A stretch of DNA of 64,000 bases from NCBI GenBank assembly GCA_963805975.1, contig CAWDVR010000003.1:736001-800000 (forward strand). The letters run 5' to 3'. This DNA is from an uncultured Acidobacteriota bacterium (GTDB taxonomy: Bacteria > Acidobacteriota > Thermoanaerobaculia > Multivoradales > SZUA-115). Below, piece after piece: positions 19,985 through 28,780 of the stretch. Every line of letters begins with the position of its first letter. The stretch's first letter is position 1. Both the position numbers and the translations under genes were made by a program. The notes beneath the pieces were generated by a model. The model had not been told where the DNA came from. It was given only the letters and a program-made list of their open reading frames with translations, and searched no databases.

Positions 19985-21034
19985 ATGTCAGCGCACGCCA
20001 AGAAGCTCGGCCCCCTCCACCCCGAGGCTCCGGCCCCCGAGACCCTGCACTCGACCTCCCTGGGCCGCGACGGCCAGTGGGAGATCTATCGCCTCATGGT
20101 GCTCAACCGCCGGGTGGAGGAGCGCCTGGCGAACCTCTACCGGCGCGGCAAGATCGTGGGCGGCGCCTACTCCTCCCGCGGCCAGGAGGGCGTGTCCGTG
20201 GGCAGCGCCTTCGCGCTCGAGCCGGGCGACGTGATCGGCCCGTTGATCCGCAATCTGGGCGCCCAGCTCGTGCGCGGCGTCGAGCCCAAGAACGTCTTCG
20301 CCCTGCACATGGGCAAGTCGGTGGTCATCAACCGCGGCAAGGACAACCTGCCGCCCACCGATCTCGCCAAGGGCATCCTCGGCCCCATCGCCATGCTCGG
20401 CGCCCTCGTCTCGGTGGTCGCCGGCTACGTGCTCGCGGCGCGCATGCAGGGAAAGAAGACCGTGGGCCTCACCTGGATCGGCGACGGCGGCACCTCGACG
20501 GGGGAGTTCCACGAAGGGTTGAACTTCGCCGCGGTGCAGAACCTGCCGGTGGTGGTGATCGTCGAGCACAACGGCTACGCCTACTCGACCCCCACCGCCA
20601 AGCAGATGCGCATCAAGGACATCGCGCTCCGCGCCGCCGGCTACGGCATCCCCGGCGAGACCGTGGACGGCAACGACGCGCTGGCGGTCTACGAGGCCAC
20701 GCGGCGCGCGGTGATGCGCGCCCGCGCCGGCGGCGGGCCGACGCTGATCGAGGTCAAGACCTTCCGCATGAAAGGCCACGCCGAGCACGACGACGCCTCC
20801 TACGTGCCGCGCGAGCTGGTCGAGGAGTGGCGCGGGCGGGACCCCATCGCGCGCTTCGAGCGCCACCTGCTGGCCTCCGGCTTCGCCGCCGAGGCCGACT
20901 TCGAGGCCCTGGGCCAGTCGATCGAGGCGCAGCTCGACACCGACGTGGAGCACGCCACGAGCGCGCCCCTGCCGGCGGCCGAGGAGGCGATCGAGGGCGT
21001 CTACGAGACCGAGGAAGGGGGGATGGCGCGATGA
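19985..21034 (+). CDS. 2-oxoacid dehydrogenase E1 alpha subunit (pyruvate or branched-chain type)
   Basis: GQEG, TPP motif GDG...N, YAYST, RMKGHAEHD. Confidence 0.9.
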   Translation: MSAHAKKLGPLHPEAPAPETLHSTSLGRDGQWEIYRLMVLNRRVEERLANLYRRGKIVGGAYSSRGQEGVSVGSAFALEPGDVIGPLIRNLGAQLVRGVEPKNVFALHMGKSVVINRGKDNLPPTDLAKGILGPIAMLGALVSVVAGYVLAARMQGKKTVGLTWIGDGGTSTGEFHEGLNFAAVQNLPVVVIVEHNGYAYSTPTAKQMRIKDIALRAAGYGIPGETVDGNDALAVYEATRRAVMRARAGGGPTLIEVKTFRMKGHAEHDDASYVPRELVEEWRGRDPIARFERHLLASGFAAEADFEALGQSIEAQLDTDVEHATSAPLPAAEEAIEGVYETEEGGMAR

Positions 21035-22026
21035 GCGAGCCCGTCACTTTCCTCGAAGCCATCCGCCAGGGCCTGTGGCGCGAGCTGGAGGCCGATCCCC
21101 GCGTCTTCCTGATCGGCGAGGACATCGGCCGCTTCGGCGGTGCCTTCAAGGTCACGGCCGGGTTGGCCGAGCGCTTCGGTGACGAGCGGGTGATCGACGC
21201 GCCGATCGCCGAGTCCGCCATCGTCGGTGCCGCGATCGGCGCCGCGCTCGCCGGCATGCGGCCGGTGGTCGAGATGCAGTTCATCGACTTCATCGCCTGC
21301 ACCTTCAACCACATCGTGAACTTCGCGGCCACCCAGCGCTACCGCTCGGGGCTGGCCGTGCCGCTGGTGGTGCGCGGCCCGTGCGGCGGCAACGTGCATG
21401 GCTCCTCGTTCCACAGCCAGAACCCCGAGGGCTTCTTCCAGCACGCGCCGGGCTTGAAGATCGTGGTGCCGGCAACGGTGGAGGACGCCTACGGCCTGAT
21501 CCGCTCGGCGATCCGCGACCCCAACCCGGTGCTCTACCTCGAGCACAAGTACCTCTACCGGCGGATCAAGGCGCCGCTGCCGGAAGGGGAGGGGCCCCAG
21601 GGAGCGTACCTAACCCCGATCGGCAAAGCGCGCCTCGCGCGCCCCGGCCGGGACCTCTCGGTGGTGACCTACGGCGCCATGCTGCACGTGGCGCTCGAGG
21701 CCGCCGACAAGCTCTCCGCCGAGAACGGTGTCGAGCTCGAGGTGCTGGACCTGCGCACCGTCAAGCCGCTCGACGACGAGGCCCTGGAGGCCACGGTCAA
21801 GAAGACCAACCGGGCGCTGGTGCTGACCGAGGAGCCGGCGACCGGGTCGGTCGCGAGCGAGGTGGCGGCACGCATCGCGTCGCGCAGCTTCGCCTGGCTG
21901 GACGCGCCGGTCGAGCGCCTCTGCTGCCCCGACGTGCCGGTGCCCTTCTCGCCGCCGCTCGAAGAGTTCTACCTGCCCAACGTCGACAAGCTGATCGCCC
22001 GCGTGCGGGAGATCCTGAGCTACTAG
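21031..22026 (+). CDS. 2-oxoacid dehydrogenase E1 beta subunit
   Basis: GEDIG..GG.F, DAPIAE, EMQFIDF, FHSQ, LEHK.LY; ATGA overlap with the alpha gene. Confidence 0.92.
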   Translation: MSEPVTFLEAIRQGLWRELEADPRVFLIGEDIGRFGGAFKVTAGLAERFGDERVIDAPIAESAIVGAAIGAALAGMRPVVEMQFIDFIACTFNHIVNFAATQRYRSGLAVPLVVRGPCGGNVHGSSFHSQNPEGFFQHAPGLKIVVPATVEDAYGLIRSAIRDPNPVLYLEHKYLYRRIKAPLPEGEGPQGAYLTPIGKARLARPGRDLSVVTYGAMLHVALEAADKLSAENGVELEVLDLRTVKPLDDEALEATVKKTNRALVLTEEPATGSVASEVAARIASRSFAWLDAPVERLCCPDVPVPFSPPLEEFYLPNVDKLIARVREILSY

Positions 22027-22036
22027 GAGAGTCGTG

Positions 22037-23518
22037 ATGGCAAGCGAAGTCGTGATGCCGCAGATGGGCGAGTCGATCGCCGAGGGAACGATCACCAAGT
22101 GGCTGGTGAAGGTGGGCGAGAAGGTGGAGCGCGACCAGCCGCTGTTCGAGATCTCGACCGACAAGGTGGACGCCGAGATCCCCAGCCCGGCCGCCGGCAC
22201 ACTGATCGAGGTGCGGTTCCAGGAAGGCGCCACGGTGCCCGTCAACGAAGTGGTGGCGATGATCGGCGACGCCGCCGAGCAGCCGGCCCCGGCCCCTGCC
22301 GTCCCCGAGCAGAAGGACTCCGAGCCGCCGCCTCCGCCGCCGCCCGGAGTCGCGGACCAGAAGGAGGCGGATCGACCGCCCGAGGCGCCGAACGTGGCGC
22401 CTCCTCCTCCCGACGTCGCGGGCAAGCCCGCCGAGGTGCCGGCGGCCTCCGGCAGCGCCGAGAAGCTGGTCGAGGCCGGCTCGCTCGAGGAGCGCGTGCG
22501 CCAGTCCTCGAGCCCGGTGGTGCGGAAGATCGCCGCCGAGGAGGGTGTGGACATCGCGCAGATCGAGGGCTCGGGCATCCACGGCCGGGTGACCAAGCGC
22601 GACATCGAGAACTATCTCGAGGACCGCAAGAGCGCCCCGGCTCCCGCTGCGGCTGCCCTGGCCCCGGCTGCTCCGGCACCTGCACCGGCCGCCGCGGCCC
22701 CGGCTCCGAAGCCCGCTCCCACGCCCGCCCCGGCGGCTGCGGCGCCGCCGTCCACCAAGGTGGCGACCGGCTTCCACGTCGCGGCCTACAACGAGGGGGA
22801 CAACGTCGAGATCGAGCCCATGTCGAAGATCCGCCAGATCACGGCGGCCCACATGCGCTACTCGAAGGACACCTCGGCGCACGTGACCACGGTCTTCCAC
22901 ATGGACATGTCGGGCGTCGCCAAGGCGCGCGAGAAGGCGCGCCGCCGCTTCGAAGAGGCCAACGGCACCAAGCTCACCTACATGCCGTTCATCTTCAAGG
23001 CGGTGGCGAGCGCGCTCAAGCGCCACAAGAAGATCAACGCCTCGCTCGACGGCACCAACATCGTCTACAAGAAGGACATCAACCTCGGCATGGCCGTGGC
23101 GCTCGACTGGGGCCTGATCGTGCCGGTGATGAAGAACGCCGACCAGCTCTCGCTCCTCGGCCTGGCGAAGACCGCCAACGACCTGGCCGAGCGCGCGCGC
23201 TCGAAGAAGCTGCGGCCCGAGGAGGTGCAGGGTGGCACCTTCACGATCACCAACCCCGGCGTCTTCGGCTCGCTCTTCGGCATGCCGATCATCAACCAGC
23301 CGCAGGTGGCGATCCTGGGCCTCGGCACCATCGAGAAGCGGCCGGTAGTGCTGCAGGACTCGCTCGGCAACGACATGATCGCCATCAAGACCATGTCCTA
23401 CTTCGCCATCACCTACGACCACCGGCTGGTCGACGGGGCGGACGCCGACCACTTCATGAACGACGTCAAGAAGACCTTGCAGGAAGAGGCCTGGCAGGAG
23501 CTGGCGGCGTACTTCTGA
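22037..23518 (+). CDS. Dihydrolipoamide acyltransferase (E2)
   Basis: Lipoyl domain EISTDKV, E3-binding SPVVRKIA..GSGIHGRV, Ala/Pro linkers, DHRLVDG. Confidence 0.95.
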   Translation: MASEVVMPQMGESIAEGTITKWLVKVGEKVERDQPLFEISTDKVDAEIPSPAAGTLIEVRFQEGATVPVNEVVAMIGDAAEQPAPAPAVPEQKDSEPPPPPPPGVADQKEADRPPEAPNVAPPPPDVAGKPAEVPAASGSAEKLVEAGSLEERVRQSSSPVVRKIAAEEGVDIAQIEGSGIHGRVTKRDIENYLEDRKSAPAPAAAALAPAAPAPAPAAAAPAPKPAPTPAPAAAAPPSTKVATGFHVAAYNEGDNVEIEPMSKIRQITAAHMRYSKDTSAHVTTVFHMDMSGVAKAREKARRRFEEANGTKLTYMPFIFKAVASALKRHKKINASLDGTNIVYKKDINLGMAVALDWGLIVPVMKNADQLSLLGLAKTANDLAERARSKKLRPEEVQGGTFTITNPGVFGSLFGMPIINQPQVAILGLGTIEKRPVVLQDSLGNDMIAIKTMSYFAITYDHRLVDGADADHFMNDVKKTLQEEAWQELAAYF

Positions 23519-23524
23519 GCAGAG

Positions 23525-23630
23525 CCCCTCACCCTAACCCTCTCCCCGCAAGCGGGGAGAGGGAATCAGAGGGTCGAACCATTCCGGCCCCCTCGCCCCG
23601 CGTGAGCGGGGAGAGGGCTGGGGTGAGGGG
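23525..23630. repeat. Inverted pair of REP-like palindromic elements
   Basis: CCCCTCACCCTAACCCTCTCCCCGCAAGCGGGGAGAGGG (about 23525-23563) and an inverted variant at 23588-23630. Confidence 0.75.
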
Positions 23631-23657
23631 AAGCCGGCCACGACTAGAATCACTGGC

Positions 23658-24383
23658 ATGGCGCAGCCCCTCCGCCCTCTCCGCTACGGCTTCCTCGGCC
23701 GGGTACCCTACGGCGAGGGCGTCGAGATCCAGCTCGCGACGCGCGACGCTCTGAAGCGCGGCGAGGGTGAAGAGCACCTGTTCCTCCTCGAGCACCCGCA
23801 CGTCTACACCCTGGGCCGCAATGCCAGCGAAGCTGACGTGCTGGCGGACCCCGCCTGGCTCGCGCAGCGCGGTATCGAGATCGCGCACTGCGACCGCGGC
23901 GGCCAGGTCACCTACCACGGCCTGGGCCAGCTCGTGGGCTATCCCATCCTGAACCTGTCGCCGGACCGCCGGGACATCCGCCGCTACGTGCGCGACCTGG
24001 CGGAGGTGCTGGTCGCGACCCTTGCCGACTACGGCCTCGAGGCGCGGCGCGGCGAGGAGCAGGCGCTGATCGGCGTCTGGGTGGGCGAGGCCAAGGTCGC
24101 TTCGATCGGCGTTCACCTCTCGCGCTGGCTCACCACCCACGGCTTCGCGCTCAACGTCACCACCGACCTCTCGTACTTCGCCGGCATCACGCCCTGCGGC
24201 TTGACCGGGGTGAGGATGGCCTCGATCGAGAGCCTGACGGGCCGGCGGCCGAGCCTTCCGGAGGTAGCGGAGGTGGCGGCCCGGCACCTGGCCCGCATCT
24301 TCGAGCGCGAGCTGGTGCCGATCGCGGCGCTGCCCGCACCCGAGCGGCCGGTGCGCGAGGTCGCGTGGGCCACCGCTTCCTGA
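23658..24383 (+). CDS. lipB: Lipoyl(octanoyl) transferase
   Basis: LLEHPHVYTLG, RGGQVTYHG.GQLVGYP, KVASIG, HGFALN, PCG. Confidence 0.95.
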   Translation: MAQPLRPLRYGFLGRVPYGEGVEIQLATRDALKRGEGEEHLFLLEHPHVYTLGRNASEADVLADPAWLAQRGIEIAHCDRGGQVTYHGLGQLVGYPILNLSPDRRDIRRYVRDLAEVLVATLADYGLEARRGEEQALIGVWVGEAKVASIGVHLSRWLTTHGFALNVTTDLSYFAGITPCGLTGVRMASIESLTGRRPSLPEVAEVAARHLARIFERELVPIAALPAPERPVREVAWATAS

Positions 24384-24434
24384 ACCACACGGCCGGTCTG
24401 CGACTTTAGGCCGCGGTCACTTCGCTGGCCGAGC
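24348..24434 (+). repeat. Direct repeat copy 1 (lipB 3' end plus dead archease 5' remnant MGHRFLNHTAGLRL*)
   Basis: 69/87 nt identical without gaps (manual alignment) to 25994-26080. Confidence 0.85.
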
Positions 24435-24500
24435 GGCTCCTCCACAACCCAACCCGTAGTCTGCTCACAAAGTAGCCGGAAGTGCGCGTTTTAGAGCGAG

Positions 24501-25967
24501 ATGAGCCTTGGTCCGCGCGAAGCGTGGTTTTTCGGCTCCACGATCGCCCACCGGCTGGGCACCTGGGGGCGCCAGCCCTGGGTGTGGGTGCTGCTCCAGG
24601 CGCTGGCGATCTGGGGATTCCTGGCGTTCCAAGGGCGGCTCGAGCCACACCACCACATAGACAGCCACTTCTACGTCCGCCTGGCGAAGGACTTCTCGTG
24701 GATCGATATCCTGGGGAGCCGGCGAACCCTGGGCTACCCGCTGTTCCTTCGAGCCTTGTTCTGGTTGCGGGGAGACCTCGGCTGGCTGCCCCATCTTCAG
24801 GTGCTCTCTCTCGGGGCCGCGGCGGTGCTCTGGTGCGCGGCGCTGCAGCGGTTCGGCCTCTCGGCGCCAGCCGCCCTCGTGGCCGGGAGCTGGCCGCTTT
24901 ACGCACGGCTCTTCCGGGTGCTGAAAGCGTCGGTGATGACCGACCTGCCCGCGGCCACCTTGGCTTTGTTCGCCCTCGCGGCCCTGCTGTTCCTGCTCTG
25001 CGAGCCCCGGCGGACGCGCTGGTGGGCGGGCCTCGGTGTCCTGCTTTTCCTCGCCTATCAGGTGCGGCCGTCTTACGCATCTCTCGTCCTTTTCTTGCCG
25101 CTCGCCGCCTGGGTCTCGAGCAGGCTCGAGGCGCGGTGGAAGCTGGGTGGAGAGCCCCGCCGCGGTCTCGTCTCGCGCCTCGGGTTGCTGATGTGCGGCC
25201 CGCTGCTGCTGTTCTGCGCCTGCCGCTGGGCGCTGGTGGGGCACTTCGGGTTGGTGGCCTTCACCGGCCACAACCTGTCGGGCCTCACCTCCTCGATGCT
25301 CAGTCCGGAGCTCGTCGCCGAGCTGCCCGCGGCCGAGCAACCGCTCGCCGCGGCGATCCTCGCCTTGCGCCAGGAGAAAGGCCTTGCGCCGCTCGATGCG
25401 CGATCGAGGGCCGAGGAATGGGGGCGGTTCTACAACTGGAACTGTTGGGAGGCGGCGGTCAGGCTGGTGAGGACCGCCTGGAAGCAGGATCTGGCCGAGG
25501 CCTCGGCGCGGGGCCCGATCCGGGGAACGGCCGTCGAGCACCGCGACATCTACGTCGAGAGGCGCCTCCTGCCCTTGAGCGTCTCCATCCTCCGCGCCCG
25601 CCCCGGCCTCTATCTCGTCTGGATGAGCCGAGGCTGGACGCATGCCTTGCTCACCACCGGGAAACAGCCGTGGATCTTCATCCCAGCCGTGCTCCTGGGG
25701 CTCTCCTGGCTGCTGTTCGGCCGGCTGAGGGGAGGAGCCCACCGGCAGGAGCGCGGCCGGTGCCTGTTGGTCCTTCTGCTGGCGCTCGCCTATTACCTCG
25801 CCACCATGGGCCTGGTCCTGCTGGTCGAGATCGCGGACTGGCGCTACATTGCCGCGGCCGAGCTGCTGCTGCCGGGGGCGATGCTGGCGATGGCGGTGGA
25901 GCTCTTCCGATCCGGATCCGGCCGCGATCGGCTGGCAGCGGAGGCGGCCGCTACAATCTCCGCATGA
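24501..25967 (+). CDS. Polytopic membrane protein, possibly GT-C/ArnT-like glycosyltransferase
   Basis: About 11-12 hydrophobic segments; DS..Y loop after TM1, R..GYPLFL, large central soluble loop, late RY motif. Confidence 0.6.
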   Translation: MSLGPREAWFFGSTIAHRLGTWGRQPWVWVLLQALAIWGFLAFQGRLEPHHHIDSHFYVRLAKDFSWIDILGSRRTLGYPLFLRALFWLRGDLGWLPHLQVLSLGAAAVLWCAALQRFGLSAPAALVAGSWPLYARLFRVLKASVMTDLPAATLALFALAALLFLLCEPRRTRWWAGLGVLLFLAYQVRPSYASLVLFLPLAAWVSSRLEARWKLGGEPRRGLVSRLGLLMCGPLLLFCACRWALVGHFGLVAFTGHNLSGLTSSMLSPELVAELPAAEQPLAAAILALRQEKGLAPLDARSRAEEWGRFYNWNCWEAAVRLVRTAWKQDLAEASARGPIRGTAVEHRDIYVERRLLPLSVSILRARPGLYLVWMSRGWTHALLTTGKQPWIFIPAVLLGLSWLLFGRLRGGAHRQERGRCLLVLLLALAYYLATMGLVLLVEIADWRYIAAAELLLPGAMLAMAVELFRSGSGRDRLAAEAAATISA

Positions 25968-25993
25968 CGCGGCCCACTGCCTGCCGTCTCGAG

Positions 25994-26080
25994 CCGATCC
26001 GCGAGGTCGTGTGGGCCACCGCTTCCTGAGCCACACCGCCGACCTGCGGCTCGAGGTCACGGCTCCTTCGCTCGAAGAGC
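25994..26080 (+). repeat. Direct repeat copy 2 (lipB-like 3' remnant IREVVWATAS* plus intact archease start)
   Basis: Matches 24348-24434. Confidence 0.85.
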
Positions 26081-26436
26081 TCTTCGCCGAGGCCCTGGTC
26101 GGCTTCACCGAGGCCATGACCGAGGTCGAGTCCGTTTCGGCGGAGACCTCGTGGGCCGTGGAAACCGAGGCCGCCGACCTGGGCGGCCTCCTGGTCGCCT
26201 GGCTCGAAGAGCTGCTCTTCCACTACGACGCCCGCGGCCTGCTTCCGTTGCGAGCGGAGCTGGGCGTGGTGGGCGAGGAAGGCTCGTACCGGCTCGACGC
26301 GACCGTCCACGGCGAGGCCTACGACCCCGAACGGCACGAGATCAAGGTGCTGCTCAAGGCGATCACCTACCACGGGCTGGTAGTGGAGCAGGGGGAGAGT
26401 GGGGAGTGGCGGGCCGAGGTGATCTTCGATATTTGA
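26011..26436 (+). CDS. Archease (SHS2 fold, RtcB cofactor family)
   Basis: HTADL, LVAWLEELLF, KAITYHGL, C-terminal VIFDI. Confidence 0.92.
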   Translation: MGHRFLSHTADLRLEVTAPSLEELFAEALVGFTEAMTEVESVSAETSWAVETEAADLGGLLVAWLEELLFHYDARGLLPLRAELGVVGEEGSYRLDATVHGEAYDPERHEIKVLLKAITYHGLVVEQGESGEWRAEVIFDI

Positions 26437-26450
26437 GGCCCGCCGCGCCC

Positions 26451-28100
26451 TCACATCTCCTTGAGATACTCGTGCACGAACTGCACGGCCATCGAGCCTT
26501 CGCCCACGGCGGAGGCCACGCGCTTGACCGAGCCGGCACGCACGTCGCCGGCGGCGAAGACGCCGGGGCGGCTGGTCTCGAGCAGGAACGGCTGGCGGCG
26601 AAGGGTCCAGTAGGGAGACTCGGCCAAGGCCGGGCCGGTGCGGACGAACCCCTTGGCGTCCTTCTCGACCTCCGGGGGCAGCCATTCGGTCCACGGCACG
26701 GCGCCGATGAAGCTGAACAGCGCCGCGGTGGGGAGCATCCGCCGCTCCCCCGTCCGGTGCTCGAGGATCTCGACCGAGGCGAGCACGCCGTTGCCGGCCA
26801 TGCGCTCCACCGTGGTGTGGTAGAGCACCTCGATATTGGGCATCTGCTCGATGCGATGCACCAGGTAGCTCGACATGCTCTTGTAGAGATCGTCGCCGCG
26901 CACCAGGATGTACACCTTCCGCGCCAGGCCGGCGAGATAGACGGCGGCCTGGCCCGCGGAGTTGCCGCCGCCCACGATCACCACGTCCGCTCCACGGCAT
27001 AGCGGCGCCTCGTTGGGCGTCGCGGCGTAGTAGACGCCGCAGCCCTCGAAGCGCTCGCAGCCGTCGGCGGGAAGCCGGCGGTAGTCGGCGCCGGTGGCGA
27101 TCAGCAGGCACTTGGCGGTGATGCTCTCGCCGCCTTCGAGGTGCAGCACCGGGTAGGCGTTGTCGAAAGTCATGCTGGCGACCGGGGTGGGGATGGGCAG
27201 GCGGGCCCCGAACCGGTTGGCCTGGAGGACGGCGCGATCCGCCAGCTCGGCGCCGGTGATGCCGGTGGGAAAGCCGAGGTAGTTCTCGATGCGCATGCTG
27301 CGGCCGGCCTGCCCTCCGGGCCCGGAGCGCTCCAGCACGATCGTTTCGAGGCCCTCGGAGGCGCCGTAGACCGCCGCGGCCAGCCCCGCCGGTCCGGCCC
27401 CGACCACGACCAGATCGTAGACGGCGTGCGCGAGCGGCTGACGGATGCCGAGCGCCTCGGCCAGCGCGCGGTTCGACGGGTTGCGCAGCACCAGCTTCTG
27501 GCCCCAGGCGACCACCGGCGTGTCCTCCGGGGTCATCCCGAAGTGCTGGAGCAGCAGGTCCATCTCCGGCTCGGTCTCCAGATCCAGCCAGGTGAAGAGG
27601 ACGCGGTTCCTGGAGAGGAAGTCGCGCACCCGGAAGGTCTCCCGCGAGTAGCGGGAGCCGATCACCCGCAGGCCGGTGAAATCCCCCGACTCGCGCAGCA
27701 GCTGGCGCCGGGCGATGAAGGCCTGGAGGATGATGTCGGCCAGGTCCGGGCACTGGCTGAGGATGTCGCGCAGCGTCTCCGGCGACACCTCGTAGACCTC
27801 GCAGTCGCCGCGGGCGACGGCGCTCACGATCGCCGGCCGGCCGGTGAGGTGGGAGATGTCGCCGGTGAACTCTCCTGGTTGGTGGACGGTGACGGTCTTC
27901 GGCGTGTCGCCGGACTCGTCCAGGATCTCGACCGCGCCGGTCCGCACCACGAAGAACTTGAGATTGCGGTCCCCGACCTCGAAGAGCTTCTCGCCGTCGG
28001 GGAACTGGCGGAGCGTGGCGCCCGTGCAGCTCGCGAGCTCGGCGAGCTGACCCGGGTCGAGCGTGGGGAACGCGACCTCGTGCAGGTCCTGATGGGCCAT
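26451..28100 (-). CDS. Cyclic-nucleotide-binding-domain thioredoxin-reductase-like FAD oxidoreductase
   Basis: N-terminal cNMP fold (GEFTGDISHL..R), GAGPAG, IENYLGFP, GGGNSAGQ, AGDV; CxxC replaced by AATP. Confidence 0.9.
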   Translation of the reverse strand: MAHQDLHEVAFPTLDPGQLAELASCTGATLRQFPDGEKLFEVGDRNLKFFVVRTGAVEILDESGDTPKTVTVHQPGEFTGDISHLTGRPAIVSAVARGDCEVYEVSPETLRDILSQCPDLADIILQAFIARRQLLRESGDFTGLRVIGSRYSRETFRVRDFLSRNRVLFTWLDLETEPEMDLLLQHFGMTPEDTPVVAWGQKLVLRNPSNRALAEALGIRQPLAHAVYDLVVVGAGPAGLAAAVYGASEGLETIVLERSGPGGQAGRSMRIENYLGFPTGITGAELADRAVLQANRFGARLPIPTPVASMTFDNAYPVLHLEGGESITAKCLLIATGADYRRLPADGCERFEGCGVYYAATPNEAPLCRGADVVIVGGGNSAGQAAVYLAGLARKVYILVRGDDLYKSMSSYLVHRIEQMPNIEVLYHTTVERMAGNGVLASVEILEHRTGERRMLPTAALFSFIGAVPWTEWLPPEVEKDAKGFVRTGPALAESPYWTLRRQPFLLETSRPGVFAAGDVRAGSVKRVASAVGEGSMAVQFVHEYLKEM

Positions 28101-28122
28101 CTCGGACGTTCCTCTCCAGCGG

Positions 28123-28764
28123 TCAGGCAGTCAGGCCTTCGCGCACCGCGAGGAGCGCCGCCTGGGTGCGGTCCTCGACGCCGAGCTTCGACAGCACGGC
28201 GCTGACGTAGCCTTTCACGGTCCCCTCGGAGAGGTGGAGCTCCTTGGCGATCTGCTTGTTGCTCCGGCCGCGGGCGATCTCGGCCAAGACGCTCTTCTCG
28301 CGCGGCGTGAGCTCGTCGAGCGGCGAGGCCGTCTTCGGCGCCGTGAGGCGTTGCATCAGCAGGCGCTGGGCCTCCGGGTGGAGCGCGGGATGGCCGTCCT
28401 TGGCGCCGCGCAGCGCGCGCAACAGCTCGCTGCCGGAGACGTCCTTCAACAGGTAGCCGAGCGCCCCCGCCTCCAGGGCCTGGCGCACCATCGCGTCCTC
28501 GACGAAGCTGGTGAGCACGATGACCGCCGCCTTGGAGCCGGCGGCGCGCAGCCGGCGAATGGTTTCCAGGCCGCCGATGCCCGGCATCACCATGTCGAGC
28601 AGGATGACCTCGGGGCGGTGCGCGGCGGCGAGCACCAGGGCCTGCTCGCCGCGCGCCGCCTCGGCCACGATCTCGATGTCCCGCTCCTCGGAGAGCAGCG
28701 TGCGCAGCCCTTCGCGCACGATCTCGTGGTCGTCGACGATCAGGACGCGGATCGGTTCGTTCAC
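28123..28764 (-). CDS. NarL/LuxR-family response regulator
   Basis: REC domain (DDH, LLDMVMP, LLK) plus LuxR HTH (LTPRE..GRSNKQIA..LSEGTVK). Confidence 0.95.
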   Translation of the reverse strand: MNEPIRVLIVDDHEIVREGLRTLLSEERDIEIVAEAARGEQALVLAAAHRPEVILLDMVMPGIGGLETIRRLRAAGSKAAVIVLTSFVEDAMVRQALEAGALGYLLKDVSGSELLRALRGAKDGHPALHPEAQRLLMQRLTAPKTASPLDELTPREKSVLAEIARGRSNKQIAKELHLSEGTVKGYVSAVLSKLGVEDRTQAALLAVREGLTA

Positions 28765-28780
28765 GGTGTCTCTCCTCGCC

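Noticed and set aside
22620-22760. Low-complexity GC-rich repeats here and at 44900-44950 and 36960-37140 as CRISPR or tandem arrays
   Set aside because: They encode the Ala/Pro linker of E2, the TonB poly-Pro tract and a glycine zipper; there is no repeat-spacer structure.
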